Shown in pieces: positions 1 through 23,060 of a stretch of 64,000 nt of DNA (position 1 is its first letter; each line of letters starts with the position of its first letter). A program made the translations under genes and the position numbers. Source of the stretch: the human T2T-CHM13v2.0 reference genome, Homo sapiens; assembly GCF_009914755.1 (NCBI RefSeq), contig NC_060925.1, one strand, 5' to 3'. The notes beneath the pieces are model-generated. The model saw nothing but the letters and a program-made list of their open reading frames with translations, was not told the origin of the DNA and did not search any database.

Positions 1-733
1 AAAAAGAAAAAGAAACTGACAAAGTTTTCCAGAGTGCAGGGCCCAGGATTTTAATCACACTATTCTACTGCTTATAAATTAACCTATAAAATCTTTTATT
101 TTTAAAAGAATAAAAAGAAATTTTCTTCCTGTTATGGCTGTGATGAACTTTAGTAAGCATACAGTAAACAAAACAAAACAAAACAAAACAAAAAAAAAAA
201 CAGCAATATAAGTTATTTTTTATTTTAAAAACTCTTCACAGGACACTTACACATTGAAATACATACAGCCAAGGGCTGCTGAGCTGTTGGCCTTCCGGAA
301 GCTTAAGCACTTCATCTTTTCTCTGGCATGTGGTCTCTGTGGGTCCTCAGATGCCAGGATCACATGTTCGCTGCTCACTGAGCTCTTAGGAAGCCCCTGT
401 GCTACCCTGTAGGCAGAAATTATCCTTTTTGAATCAGGTAAGTAACAGAAACCTCCTCAGCTTTAAGCTAGAAAGGGAACTCTCTTTCTGAAGGTACAGG
501 AGGTGCAGCTGACCCATGCAAAGGACTGGAGTTAGGAAATGGAGAGTTCTGCAGATCCAATCAGCCAGCCCAGGGGGCCAGTCCCATGGTGCAAGTGTAG
601 TTGCAGGCAAACAAAATAAGATCTTGGGCTCAGGAGTCCAACAACTTGAGTTGAAATCCTGGTTCTACCACTTACAAGCCATGTGACCCTAGGCAAGTTA
701 CTTAACCTCTCAGACCCCAGTTTCCTTATCTTA

Positions 734-1024
<291 letters not shown>

Positions 1025-1231
1025 TTAATGAGTTGATGCATATAAAAAATGCTTTAAAGGAGTCAGGCAGGCCGGGCGCAGTGGCTCATGCCTGTAATCC
1101 CAGCACTTTGGGAGGCCGAGGCGGGCGGATCACCTGAGGTCGGAAGTTCGAGACCAGCCTGACCAACATGGAGAAACCCCGTCTCTACTAAAAATATAAA
1201 ATTAGCTGGGCATGGTGGTGCATGCCTGTAA

Positions 1232-1477
<246 letters not shown>

Positions 1478-1686
1478 TAACACGGTGAACCCCCGTCTCT
1501 ACTAAAAAAAAATACACAAAAATTAGCCGGGCGTGGACTCCATCTCAAAAAAAAAAAAAAAAATAGGCAGAGTGGCTCATGCCTGTAATTCCAGGTACTT
1601 GGTAGGCTGAGGCAGGAGGATCCCTTGAGCCCAGGATCAAGTACGAAGTGAGCTATGATTGTGCCACTGCATTCCAGCCTGGGTGA

Positions 1687-1950
<264 letters not shown>

Positions 1951-2138
1951 TGATCCGCCCGCCTCAGCCTCCGAAAGTGCTGGGATTACAGGCTTGAGCC
2001 ACCGCGCCTGGCTGACCCTTTCTCGAAAAAAACAAAACAAAAAAACAAGTTCCTGGCTGGGCGCAGTGGCTCAAGCTTTTAATCCCAGCACTTTGGGAAG
2101 CCAAGGCAGGCGGCGGATCACCTGAGGTCAGAAGTTCA

Positions 2139-2339
<201 letters not shown>

Positions 2340-2491
2340 TTAAAAAAAAAAAAAAGTTCCTGTCATGTAGCAAGTGCTAATGCTAGGTATACAGTATTAT
2401 TATTATTCCAGGATTAAATGAGAAGGCACATAAATTGCAGCACAGTAATGGCAAGTGTTCAGTATACATTAGCTAAATGTTAGCTTTCAGT

Positions 2492-2790
2492 ATTTTTGAA
2501 CAGCTTTATTGAGATATAGTTCATATACTATACAAATGCACATTTCATTGCTTCTTAGAATGTTGAGTTGTGCAACTGTCACCACAATCAACTTTAGAAC
2601 ATTTTGATTACCCTCAAAATAACCCCTGTGCCACTTAGCCATCACTCCCCCACCCCTTACATCCCTCCAGCCCTAGGCAACCACTGATATACTTTCTGTT
2701 CCTATAGATCTGCCTATTCTGGACATTTCATATGCCTCATTCCTTTTTATTGTTGAATAATATTCCATATGTGGATATACCACAAGTATT
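2492..2790 (-). mobile_element. L1M (L1MB-like) 3' end fragment
   Basis: CAGCTTTATTGAGATATAGTTCA...CCCTAGGCAACCACTGAT...TATTCTGGACATTTCATAT is typical antisense L1M 3'UTR. Confidence 0.75.
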
Positions 2791-2881
2791 AATTTTTATA
2801 ATCAATAATCCATGCAGTGGCTGAACATGGTGGCTCACGCCTGTGATCCCAGCACTCTGGGAGGCTGAGGCCAGTGGATCA

Positions 2882-3523
<642 letters not shown>

Positions 3524-3537
3524 TCAACCACATCCCT

Positions 3538-4015
3538 TGAATTAGTTTCTTATAGCTGTTGCAATAAATTACCACAAATTTAGTGACTTAAAACAACAGA
3601 AATATACTCCCCTGCAGTTCCGGAGGCCAGAAGTGTATAATAAGTCTTAAGGGGCTGAAATCAAGGCATTGGCAGGGCTGGTTGCTTCTAAAGACTCCAG
3701 GGAAGAACTATGCCTTGCCTCTTCCAGCGACTGGTGGCTGTTGGATCCCTCAACTTGAGTTTGCATCACTCCAATCTCTGCTTTCATCATCTCATTGCCT
3801 TCTCTTCTGCAGTCAAATCCTTCTCTACTTCCCTCTTATAAGGATATGTATGATTACATTTAGGGCCCACCTGGATAATCCAGGATAATCTCCCTATCTC
3901 AAGATTCTTAACTGAATCCCTTCTGCAAAGCAATTATGTTATATATAAGGTAACACTGACAGGTTCCAGAGATTAGGGCTTGAGCATCATTGAGAGGGAT
4001 TATTCAGGCTACCAC
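3538..4015 (-). mobile_element. MaLR LTR (MLT1C/D-like)
   Basis: Starts with the reverse complement of the MLT1 3' end (TTAGTTTCTTATAGCTGTTGCAATAAATTACCAC) and ends with the reverse complement of the 5' end (TATTCAGGCTACCAC). Confidence 0.75.
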
Positions 4016-4209
4016 TTTCCTTGATTTAAAATGTCTTTTGGCTGGGCACAGTGGCTCACGCCTGTAATCCCAGCACTTTGGGAGGCCAAGGCGGGCGGAT
4101 CATGAGGTCAAGAGATTGAGACCATCCTGGCCAACATGGTGAAACCCCATCTCTACTAAAAATACAAAAATTAGCCGGGCATGGTAGTGGGCACCTGTAG
4201 TCCCAGCTA

Positions 4210-4392
<183 letters not shown>

Positions 4393-4453
4393 TCAATAGG
4401 ATAACAGTGATACAACCAGCCTGGTGCTTCTGTCTATGATAGTTGTGCTTTGC

Positions 4454-6505
<2,052 letters not shown>

Positions 6506-6853
6506 TAGCCAGGATGGTCTCGATCTCCTGACCTCGTGATCCACCCGCCTCAGCCTCCCAAAGTGCTGGGATTACAGGCATAAGCCACCGCACCCGGCTT
6601 ATGTTTTTGTATTTTTAGTAGAGACGGGGTTTCACCGTGTTAGCCAGGATGGTCTCGATCTCCTGACCTCATGATCCACCTTCCTCGGCCTCCCAAAGTG
6701 CTGGGATTACAGGCATGAGCCATCGCGCCCGGCCTGGAATGGGTGGTTTTTTTACTACCTCTGGGTGAATGAGAAAGTACACTACAATAGCAAGAGAGCA
6801 GGAAGGGCAATTTATTATTTCTTTTCTTTTTTCTTTTTTTTTTTTTTTTTTGA

Positions 6854-7039
<186 letters not shown>

Positions 7040-8739
7040 TGACCAGGCTGGTCTTGAACTCTTGATGTCAGGTGATCCGCCTGCCTCAGACTCCCAAAAT
7101 GCTGGGTTTATAAGCATGAGCCACCGCACCCAGCCAGGAGGGGCAATTTCCATTTGGAGTGAAGGAAGGGGCAGATTTGGGCGCAGGATTCTAATAATTG
7201 TTTATGAAGAGTTTCTGTGTTTCATGAATTTTACATCTTTTATCTCTAAAAGACAATTTTGGCTGGACACAGTGGCTCTCACCTGTAATCCCAGCACTTT
7301 AGAAGGCTGAGGTAGGAGGACCACTTGAGTCCAAAAGTTTGAGACCAGCTTGGGCAACATAGGGAGATCCTATCTCAATTAAAAAATGAGCCAGGCTTGG
7401 TGGCACATGCCTGTGGTCCCAGCTACTCAGGGGGTGGACTGAGGTAGGATGATCGCTTGTGCCTGGGAGGTTGAGGCTGTAGTGAGCCAAGATAGCGCCA
7501 CTGCACTCCAACCTGAGCAACAGAGCAAGAGCCTGTCTCAAAAAAATAAATAAAATAAAAATAAAAAGGTGGGCATTTTATAGAATAAGGAAGTTTAAAT
7601 CTGAAAGGATTAAGCCACTTGCCCAAAGTCTTATAGCCAGTGAGAAGCCAGAGCCAGGATGTGAACTCAGGTCTGCATGATATGGATGCCAAAAGCCCAG
7701 GTCCTGGCCACCGTGCCAAGCTGCCTCTTGAGAAATAGGAGCTCCCCAGCCTCTAAAACATTACCCTCTTCCTGACATTGGCCCTGGAAGGTTGTTAGAC
7801 CAGAACAACAACCAGGAGATGTTGCATGCAACTTAGGCACCCCACTTCAGTCATCTGTGATGCCTCAAGGACCAGAGTTCACAGTCTGTGCTTGGCACCC
7901 CCGTCAGAGCTTTGACAAGCAATGTGTTTGTTAGACATGTTGTCCTTTCCAGGCTCAACCAAACAGCTCCAGCCTGCCCGCGCTGACCAGCAGAGCAGGC
8001 CTCCAGGCTGAGTCACCGCCCAGGGGTGTTTCACAACCAACCTGTCTGTGCATTGAGGCAGCAGAGGCAGGAAAGGTCACTGGGTGGCCCATGTCATCTT
8101 GAGCTCCTGGACAGAAAGGTGGAGCCTGGCTCACCTGTACCCATCCAGTTCTCACCCGAGTTTTCTTTCTCTTCTTGTAGGCTCTCTCTTTAACCTGAGG
8201 TATTATCCTGAGCCAAGGGAAGTTTCAACAAGCTCCAGTTCCTCATCTGTAAGATGGGAACTACATACATATTTAAATTATTGTGCATCCTACATGCCCT
8301 GTATCATTTAATCTTTATAGCAAACCAGTGAGGTAGATGCTATTATTTCATTTTACAAATGCAGGTACTGAAGATCAGAGATGTTACGTCACTCACCAAA
8401 GTCACACAGCTGGTTAGCGCAGGGTCAGGAATCAACCCTAAGTCTGTATGACTAAAGAGTGTGGGTTCAGAAGGAAATGTTCAGGAGAAAAGTCTGGCTA
8501 TGGCTCGGGGCCTGTAATTCCCTGCTGAGTAATTTAGGCAAGTCCCTTCCACTCTGTGGGTCACTCTGTGGGTCTTGGTTTCCCCATCCGTTCTGTGGGG
8601 TGGGAGATAGGAAGCTGGACTAATGAGGCTGGAGGCCTCTTTCGCCTTTAAGTCTATGGTCCTAAGATTTTACGCAGAAGGCCTTTCCCTCAGTCACGCC
8701 TAGAGTGTGGTCTTTGCTTCCCGTACAGCCCACTCTTGA

Positions 8740-9060
<321 letters not shown>

Positions 9061-9673
9061 AGCAAGCTGCAGCTCTTGCACATGACAACTTTGTTGTGAC
9101 TTCCACTGAGCCATGTCCACATCTGTGAAATTGGGATGACCATAGTACCAGCAACCCAGTCACAGTACACACCATTGTGCTAGGTGCGTCATCTACATTT
9201 CCTCTTTATCTTATAATGACCTAGAAGACGATGTCACTGCTTGAGGCCACCCGGTTTATAGGAAGTGGAGCTGCTGTCTCAGCCTAGGCATGTCTGCCTC
9301 TTTGCCCTTCGCCATACTGCTTCTCCTCTCCTAGCCATGATGGTGGGAGAATGCACTGAAATGATGAATGAAAAGCACCTGGTGACCCGATGTTACTGGC
9401 TCGCTTTTTCCCATTATAATGGGAGCTGGGACTTGAGTCTTCAACTGTTTTTGCATCCACAAATAATGCCAATGTGGGCCTTTCTATGGGTTCTTGGTAC
9501 ATAATTGCTGACTGATATAATTCTATTCGCTAAGGACAAGCAGGTGGAATTAGTCAATAATATTCCGGCCAAGCAGGAAGGACAACAATGTTGAGAATTA
9601 GCTCTGTGGTTGGCTTGGTCATTGCCAAGCAGCTATGCCCACTTCCCGCCCCCCCCCCCCCTTTTTTTTTTAA

Positions 9674-9964
<291 letters not shown>

Positions 9965-10021
9965 TAGTCTTAGATTTTGTCTTTTCATTATTTTATTTTA
10001 TTTTATTATTTTTTTTTTTGA

Positions 10022-10198
<177 letters not shown>

Positions 10199-10201
10199 TG
10201 A

Positions 10202-10705
<504 letters not shown>

Positions 10706-10752
10706 TGACCTCTCGGGTTCAAGCAATCCTCCTGTCTCAGCTGGGAAGCTGA

Positions 10753-10932
<180 letters not shown>

Positions 10933-11311
10933 TAGCTTTCCTTTGCCGTTATGACTTTTGTCATTTTTGTCCTGACACATTCTCACTCTCTTTTGTTTGT
11001 TTGTTTTGAGACAGGGTCTTGCTCTGTTGCCCAGGCTGGAGTGCAGTGGCGTGATCAAGCTCACTGCAGCCTCTATCTTTCAGGCTCAAGCGATCCTCCT
11101 GCCTCAGCCTCCTAAGTAGCTAGGACTACAGGCATGTGCCATCACACCTGGCTAATTTTTATTAATTTTTAGTAGAAATGAGTTATTGTTATGTTGCCCA
11201 GGCTGGTCTCAAACTCCTGAGCTCGGCCAGGCATGGTGGCTCATGCCTGTAATCCCAGCATTTTGGGAGATCGAGGCGGGTGGATCACCTGAGGTCGGGA
11301 GTTCAAGACTA

Positions 11312-11653
<342 letters not shown>

Positions 11654-12126
11654 TCAAACACTGATTCCTTATGAGCTCACCTGTCTAACCTCCATTCTCA
11701 CTTCTCTCCCACCTGTCAAAGTCACACACCTGTCTGCCACAACTGACAATCTTATCCTCTAGCAGGACTTCTAGATTTCTGCAGAAACCTGGGATTTCTG
11801 GACACTCCAGTCTATTCATTCTTCTCTGCTTCCTGATGGGATTATCTCTCCTACTCTTACTCTGTTATTTTATTTACTAATATTTACTGTGTACCAAACC
11901 CTGTGCTTAGAATTGTAGTGACTTTCTAATTTCTCAAAATGGAAAAAGTATTTTTTTTGTACATTTTAGAGTTTTCTTCTAAAATATTAGAATTTCTAGG
12001 CCTGCCACAGTGGCTTATGCCTGTAATCCTAACACTTTGGGAGGACAAGGCGCGAGGATCGCTTGAGCTTGTGAGTTTGAGACCAGCCTGGGCAACATGG
12101 TGAAACCCCATCTCTACCAAAAATAG

Positions 12127-12486
<360 letters not shown>

Positions 12487-12717
12487 TGAGCCACCTCGCC
12501 CAGCCATTCACAGCTACTTGGGAGTCTTCAGTGGCAGGATCACTTGAGCCCGGAAGGTGGAGGTTGCAGTGCCCAGTGCACTCCAGCCTGGGTGACAGAG
12601 TGAGATCCCATTTCAAAATAAATAATTAATAAAATAAAATACATTTGAATTTCTTACAATGAGCACATAATGCTCTTGTAACCAGAAAAAAAACTATAAA
12701 TGTTTTTCATTATTTTA

Positions 12718-13632
<915 letters not shown>

Positions 13633-13882
13633 TTTTTTTTTTTTTTTTTTCTTTTTTTTTTTTGAGATGGAGTCTCTCTCTGTCACCCAGGCTGGAGTGC
13701 AGTGGCACCATCTCGGCTCACTGCAACCTCTGCCTCCTGGGTTCAGCAATTCTCCTGCCTCAGCGTCCCGAGCAGCTGGGACTACAGGCATGTGCCATCA
13801 CACCCAGCTAATTTTTGTATTTTTAGTAGAGACAGGGTTTCACCATATTGGTCAGGCTGGTCTTGAACTCCTGACCTCGTGA

Positions 13883-14681
<799 letters not shown>

Positions 14682-15054
14682 CTATGTTTTCTTCTCCTGT
14701 GTAAAGATGTTTTAAGGACTCTATATAATTAAAATCACACTGTACATTTGTAACTGGCTTGAGTAGTTAATATTATATCATAAATATTTTCCACCTTCTT
14801 TCTTTTGTAACCATTTTTAATATTATTTAATATTTTATCACTAGAATGTGGACTCTCTCAGGGCAGGGGTTTAGGTTGTCCCAGTTATTCTTTATATTCC
14901 CAAAGTTCAGCATGGTGCCTCTCCTACCGCAGGCACATAGTAAGTGCTGACTGTATTGTGTGCCACAATGTGCTTGCTATGCCCATATGGAGAATATGCC
15001 AACTCTCCTTACAATGTTCTTTTCACTAATTCTCTTTTTTTTTTTTTTTTTTGA

Positions 15055-15213
<159 letters not shown>

Positions 15214-15559
15214 TAGAGATGGGGTCTCCCTACGTTGCCTAGGCTGGTCTTGAACTACTGGGCTCAAGTGATCCACCTGCCTCGGTCTCCCAAAGTGCTG
15301 GAATTACAGGTATGATCCACCATGTCCAGGACCCATCTTAAGTCCTAAGCACTAGTGTGTTAACCTCTGCCCTTCTGCTTCTCCATGAAGTCTTTTTGGG
15401 CTTTCTCCTCTCCTCTGGGTTGTACAAAGAGTCTCCTCCAGAAAACATTTGAGTTGATGGCATAAATAATGGCATAAAACCATTTGACCCAAGGAAGGGG
15501 GTAATTGTGATGAGATCTTAGGGGACCAGAAACAAACTCTTTTACTTCCACATAGATTA

Positions 15560-15973
<414 letters not shown>

Positions 15974-16689
15974 TTACCACAGAGCCTGGCACCCAGTAAT
16001 CACACACTCAAGGGGAGCTGTCCAGGAAATTTGAGACCCAGTGGGTTAATTATCGGTTAATTATCTTCAGACTAAAACCAACACTGATTTCCCCAGACAG
16101 CCCGGGAGGGGAGAAACCCAAACAGACAGTTACAGTTCAGCTAAAACAGAGCTAATCTTTAATCTTTTATGGATACATGTAATACATTAACTATTATAGC
16201 TTATCCCCTCAAGGCACCTCAACACCTGGTCAACCAGAGGCTAGAGTTGGGTTGGCTGGGCTAAGAGGAAGGGAGCAAGTAAATAGGCCAATTACCCTTC
16301 TGCAACAGACTTTCTTAGGGCCCCGCCTTGAGATTAAGAGAATTAAATGGCTAATGCTGCCTGTCATTCAGCCAGTGGGGTGGGGAGGTGAATTTCTTGA
16401 GTCAGCACCCAATGAAGAACACTAGGCACAAAATTATATGAGGTGTTTTACCTGTCTCTCAGCAAACTAAACTCCTTAAGAATGGTGTCATTTCTTATTT
16501 GTCATTGGGTGTTTGCTGATGGTCATTACTATTAATAATAATGCTGTAGTTGTCATAATAGGAAAAAAATCCAAAGGCATAGAATTACTAAGGCTAAGTA
16601 TCTATGAAATCATAAAGTTCGACTACTGCATTTTCTCAACTCTAAGATGCATTTTGTGTCTGGGTTTATCGGGCTTCAATTTATAACAG

Positions 16690-16724
<35 letters not shown>

Positions 16725-16735
16725 TAGAGAGAGAG
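16690..16735. repeat. (TA)n(CA)n(GA)n compound microsatellite
   Basis: Directly visible. Confidence 0.9.
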
Positions 16736-16876
16736 TGTTTATCAATCGACTGAAACTCTGTTATTAAATCAATACTATGACTTAGAGTGGACAGTGTCTA
16801 GGAATCAAGGAAATATGATAATTCAATCTCTCCCACTCGGAACAAGAATTCTTTCTTTTCTTTTTTTTTGAGATAG

Positions 16877-16975
<99 letters not shown>

Positions 16976-17360
16976 TGAATAGCTCGCATTACAGGTATGT
17001 GCCACCATGCCCAGCTAATTTTTCTGTTTTTAGTAGAGATGGGGTTTCGCCATGTTGGCCAGGCTGGTCTTGAACTCCTGACCTCAGGTGACCTGCCCAC
17101 CTAGGCCTCCCAAAGTGCTGTGATTACAGGCATGAGCTACCACGCCCAGCCAATAATTCTTTCTACCACAGTCTCTCCTTCAGTATTTCCACTGGAAGGG
17201 AGTCTACTTCATATCCGGGCCCCCCTTCCACTACTGGACACCACCATTGCGACAAGTTGTTCCTTTTATTAAGCTGAAATCTATATCCCTATAATTTTCA
17301 CCCAACAATTCTAGTCCTGTCCTCTGGAACTATACAAAAGCAGTTAGTTTTTTTCAGGAG

Positions 17361-17778
17361 GCTATTACAGATTGAAGTTTGTGTCTCCCCAAAATTCATA
17401 TGCTAAATCCTGGGAGAAGTAGAAATTTGCCCAGCACTACATAGGCACTGTGTACACCTGGAGGGCCTTTAAAAAAAAGAATCCTAACCTCCAATGTGGT
17501 GGTGAGCCTTTGGGAGATAATTAGGTCGTGAGGGTGAAGTCTTCATTAATGAGATTAGTGCCCTTGTAGGAAAAAACAAGAGAGATGATTTTTCTCTCAG
17601 CCATGTGATGCTATGAGAATGCAGCCATCTGCAATTCATGAAGCCGACCCTCACCAGACACTGTATCTATCAGCACCTCAATCTTGGACTTCCCAGCCTC
17701 CGGGAAATATGTGAAATCATTCGTTGTTTTGGCCACCCAGTCTTTGGTAACTTGTTATAGCAATCCAAACTAACACAG
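17361..17778 (+). mobile_element. MaLR LTR (MLT1A/MST-like) with a short internal insertion
   Basis: GTGTCTCCCCAAAATTCATATG...ATTAGTGCCCTT...TCTTGGACTTCCCAGCCTCC...TTGTTATAGCAATCCAAACTAA are typical MLT1A segments. Confidence 0.78.
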
Positions 17779-18249
17779 AGCAAAGTCTTAGTACAATAAA
17801 TCTCTGGAGGCAGACAGATTTGGCTTTTAAACCTGACTCTGACACTTATCAGCAATGTACTTAACTTCTCAGAGCCTATTTCCTCATTTGCTAAGTGGGC
17901 TGAAGTCCCCATGGTTGTGAGAGTTAAATGAGTTAAATATACTCTAACCCTAACCCTAGCCCTTTCCTCTTCATCTCTCCTCAGTCCCCACTGGCTTTGT
18001 CATATATTCATATACTGGAAGACAGATGTCATGTCCACCCTTCGTAAGTCTTTTCTAATTAAACATTCCCCAATTCCTAAACCATTCTCCTAACAGTAAA
18101 TCTGATTCATTGCATACCTACAATATACAGTATATACCAGGCACTGCCAAAGGCCTAAGAAGTTAAATAAACTGCCTAGACCCACACAAGCAGTTGCCAG
18201 AATTATAGATCTGTCTGACTGTAAAGCCACACCTTCAAATCTAGATCCT

Positions 18250-19055
<806 letters not shown>

Positions 19056-19477
19056 TTGGTGTTGTGGCTCACACCTATGATCCCAGCACTTTAGGAGGCC
19101 TAGGCAGCAGAATTTCTTGAGCCCAGGAGTTGGAGACCAGCCTGGTCAATATAGTGAGACCCTGTCTCTACAAAAAAAGGAAAGAAAAAAAGGCTGGGGC
19201 TGGGCACGGTGGCTCACGCCTGTAATCTCAGGACTTTGGGAGGCCGAGGCAGGCAGATCACCTGAGGTCAGGGGTTCAAGACCAGCTTGGCCAACATGGT
19301 GAATCCCATCTCTACTAAAACTACAAAAATTAGCCAGGCGTGGTGGCTCACGCCTGTAATCCCAGCTACTCAGGAGGCTGAGGCACAAGAATCACTTGAA
19401 ACTAGGAGGCGAAGGTTGCAGTGAGCCAAGATGGCGCCACTGCATTCCAGCCTGGGTGACAGAGTGAGACTGTTTAA

Positions 19478-19604
19478 AATATATATATATATATATATTT
19501 ATGTGTAGATATACATTTTTATATATGTATATATATGTGTATATATGTGTATATATGTGTGTGTATATATATATATGTGTGTGTGTATATGTGTATATAT
19601 ATAT
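19478..19604. repeat. (TA)/(TG) imperfect microsatellite grown from an Alu tail
   Basis: About 125 bp of alternating purine-pyrimidine sequence right after an Alu end. Confidence 0.9.
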
Positions 19605-19627
19605 GATTCCTCACTTCAAGATGTTTA

Positions 19628-19967
<340 letters not shown>

Positions 19968-21272
19968 TCAGGAGATCGAGACCATCCTGGCTAACACGGT
20001 GAAACCCCATCTCTACTTAAAATACAAAAAATTAGCTGGGCGTAGTGGCAGGCGCCTGTAGTCCCAGCTACTCAGGAGGCTAAGGCAGGAGAATGGCGTG
20101 AACCCGGAAAGTGGAGTGAGCCGAGATTGCGCCACTGCACTCTAGCCCGGGCGACACAGCGAGACTCCATCTCAAAAAAAAAAAAAAAAAAAGCTAATAA
20201 CTACTGCTTATTAAATGCCTACACGCCAGGCATGATGGCTCATGCCTGTAATCCCAGCACTTTACGAGGTCAAGATGGGAGGATGGCTTGAGGCCAGGAG
20301 TTTGAGACCAGCCTGGGTCTCACATAGTGAGACTCCGTCTCTAAAAAAATTAATAAAATTAAATAAAAATAAAAGAAAATAAAAATATTAAGTGCTTACA
20401 ATAAGCCAAGCACTATGTTAAATGCTTTATAACCATCTCATTTGATTTTGGCAAACTCCTTTGAAAGTACTATTATTATCTCTATTTTACAAAAAAAGGA
20501 AGCTGAGGCTCAGGGAGGGGAAGTGAATGCCCATGGTTGCACAGCTGGGTAGTGGCAAAGTACAGGGGTGGGCCCCATCCTAAGCTCTAGGCATCATATC
20601 CTTATCAGAGAAACCCATCCCTGTAATCTCCAGGCCTCCTTCAGGTATTATCATATTGTTTACCCATTTTCTGTCTATCTCCCCTACCTTTTTAAAAAAA
20701 TTTACCCTTCTTTAAAATACCAGCTAAAATCTGGGTAAACCCTATGGTGCCTCAAATGACCTGTAATTCACTGGACTTTCTATGCTGCAATTAGTGTCTG
20801 TATAGGAAAAGAGAGGCCAAAGAAGTTCACAGCCTCCTCTAATCATTACAGCACTTGAGAGCTGGTCACTCTGCCCAATCTTGTGAATCACCAGGTTGAT
20901 CAGGAGGCACATCCTAAACCCTAGGGCATACGCAATCCTTGTCAATCTTCTTTTCCTACTTAGTACACTCTTTCACGATGATCTCATTCAATGTCATGGC
21001 TTTTAGCTACCATCTATGAGGCTATGGTTTTGAAATCTCTATCTGTAGCCCATTTCTCTCCCCTGAACTTTGCCATTTGGGTGTCCCACAGACACCTGAT
21101 GCTCAGTGGGTCTACATATGAACTCATCTTTCCTGTCTCACCCACACTGCTCTGTGTTTCCTAGCTTAGAGAAAAAAAGTGCTACGATAGCCACCCAAGA
21201 CATCTGTGACTCCTTCATCTCTGTCTTTACCTCTGGTTAGTCATTAAAGAATTATTTTCCATATATATATAG

Positions 21273-21662
<390 letters not shown>

Positions 21663-21665
21663 TGA

Positions 21666-22029
<364 letters not shown>

Positions 22030-22283
22030 TGAATTCCTGAACTCAAGCCATCTGCCCGCCTTGGCCTCCCAAAGTGCTGGGATTACAGGCCTGAGCCACC
22101 GTGTCCGGCCTGGTCTTTTTTCTCTAGGCTCTCTCCTTTCCCAAACTTTTCTCCATGTTGTAGCCAGGGTTCTTTTAAAGCTCACATGTATTCTTTGGTA
22201 TGGCACTGCAGAGTACTCCTGGATCTGGACCTACTCCTTTTCCAGACTCTTTTTTTTTTTTGAGACAGAGTCTCTCTCTGTAG

Positions 22284-22562
<279 letters not shown>

Positions 22563-22659
22563 TGAAACCCACTATAATCTCTGTAAGTCCTATCAGTTCC
22601 AAGAGACTTTCTACACAAATACATCTCCAGGTTGTCAAACCTAAAAAGATTTTCCTAGA

Positions 22660-23060
22660 GCATGGCCTATGACGTCAAGGATCCAGGTAGCGCCCGGAGG
22701 AAAGCGCCAAAGGAGGCCGCCATCTTTCATACAGCAGCCCGGAATTTTGCGCATGCGCCTCTGATTGTCTGTCCGCAATGAAGCTCTTCGGCCTTCTCGG
22801 CACCCATACGTTTGGGAACGGCAGTTTCGAGGTTTGTGAGACGTCGGCTTCCGACCGGAAGTGAGAAGAGGAGGAAGTTGGCTGGTTGCACCGATCTGGG
22901 GGCTTCCCGGGCTCGGGTAACCGGAGTGCTGGTATCTAATCGTCGCTCAAAAGCTCCTAGGTGCGCGGGTGGATATAATTCCCGGCTTCTCGAGAAGACA
23001 CTACAGCCTCAAGGAGGTGTGCTTCTAGTGTTTAATTGGATACGTGTTATGGATGCCGGC
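22660..23060 (+). promoter_or_regulatory. MED18: MED18 TATA-less CpG-island promoter
   Basis: Full CRE TGACGTCA 22670-22677; YY1 GCCGCCATCTT 22716-22726; NRF1 TGCGCATGCGC 22748-22758; ETS/GABPA ACCGGAAGTG 22854-22863; high CpG density outside Alus. Confidence 0.88.
22840..22960 (+). other. MED18: MED18 non-coding exon 1 (TSS approximate; candidate donors at 22917 and 22961)
   Basis: Lies in a CpG-rich segment after the promoter motifs. Donors CGG|GTAACC (GT 22917) and TAG|GTGCGC (GT 22961). No ATG in this exon or the exon-2 leader. Confidence 0.7.

Noticed and set aside
9649-9670. C13 tract followed by a T-run
   Set aside because: End of an antisense Alu tail; a slippage product with no evidence of function.
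17944-17962. CTAACCCTAACCCTAGCCC telomere-like repeat
   Set aside because: Only about three units, too short to call an interstitial telomeric sequence.
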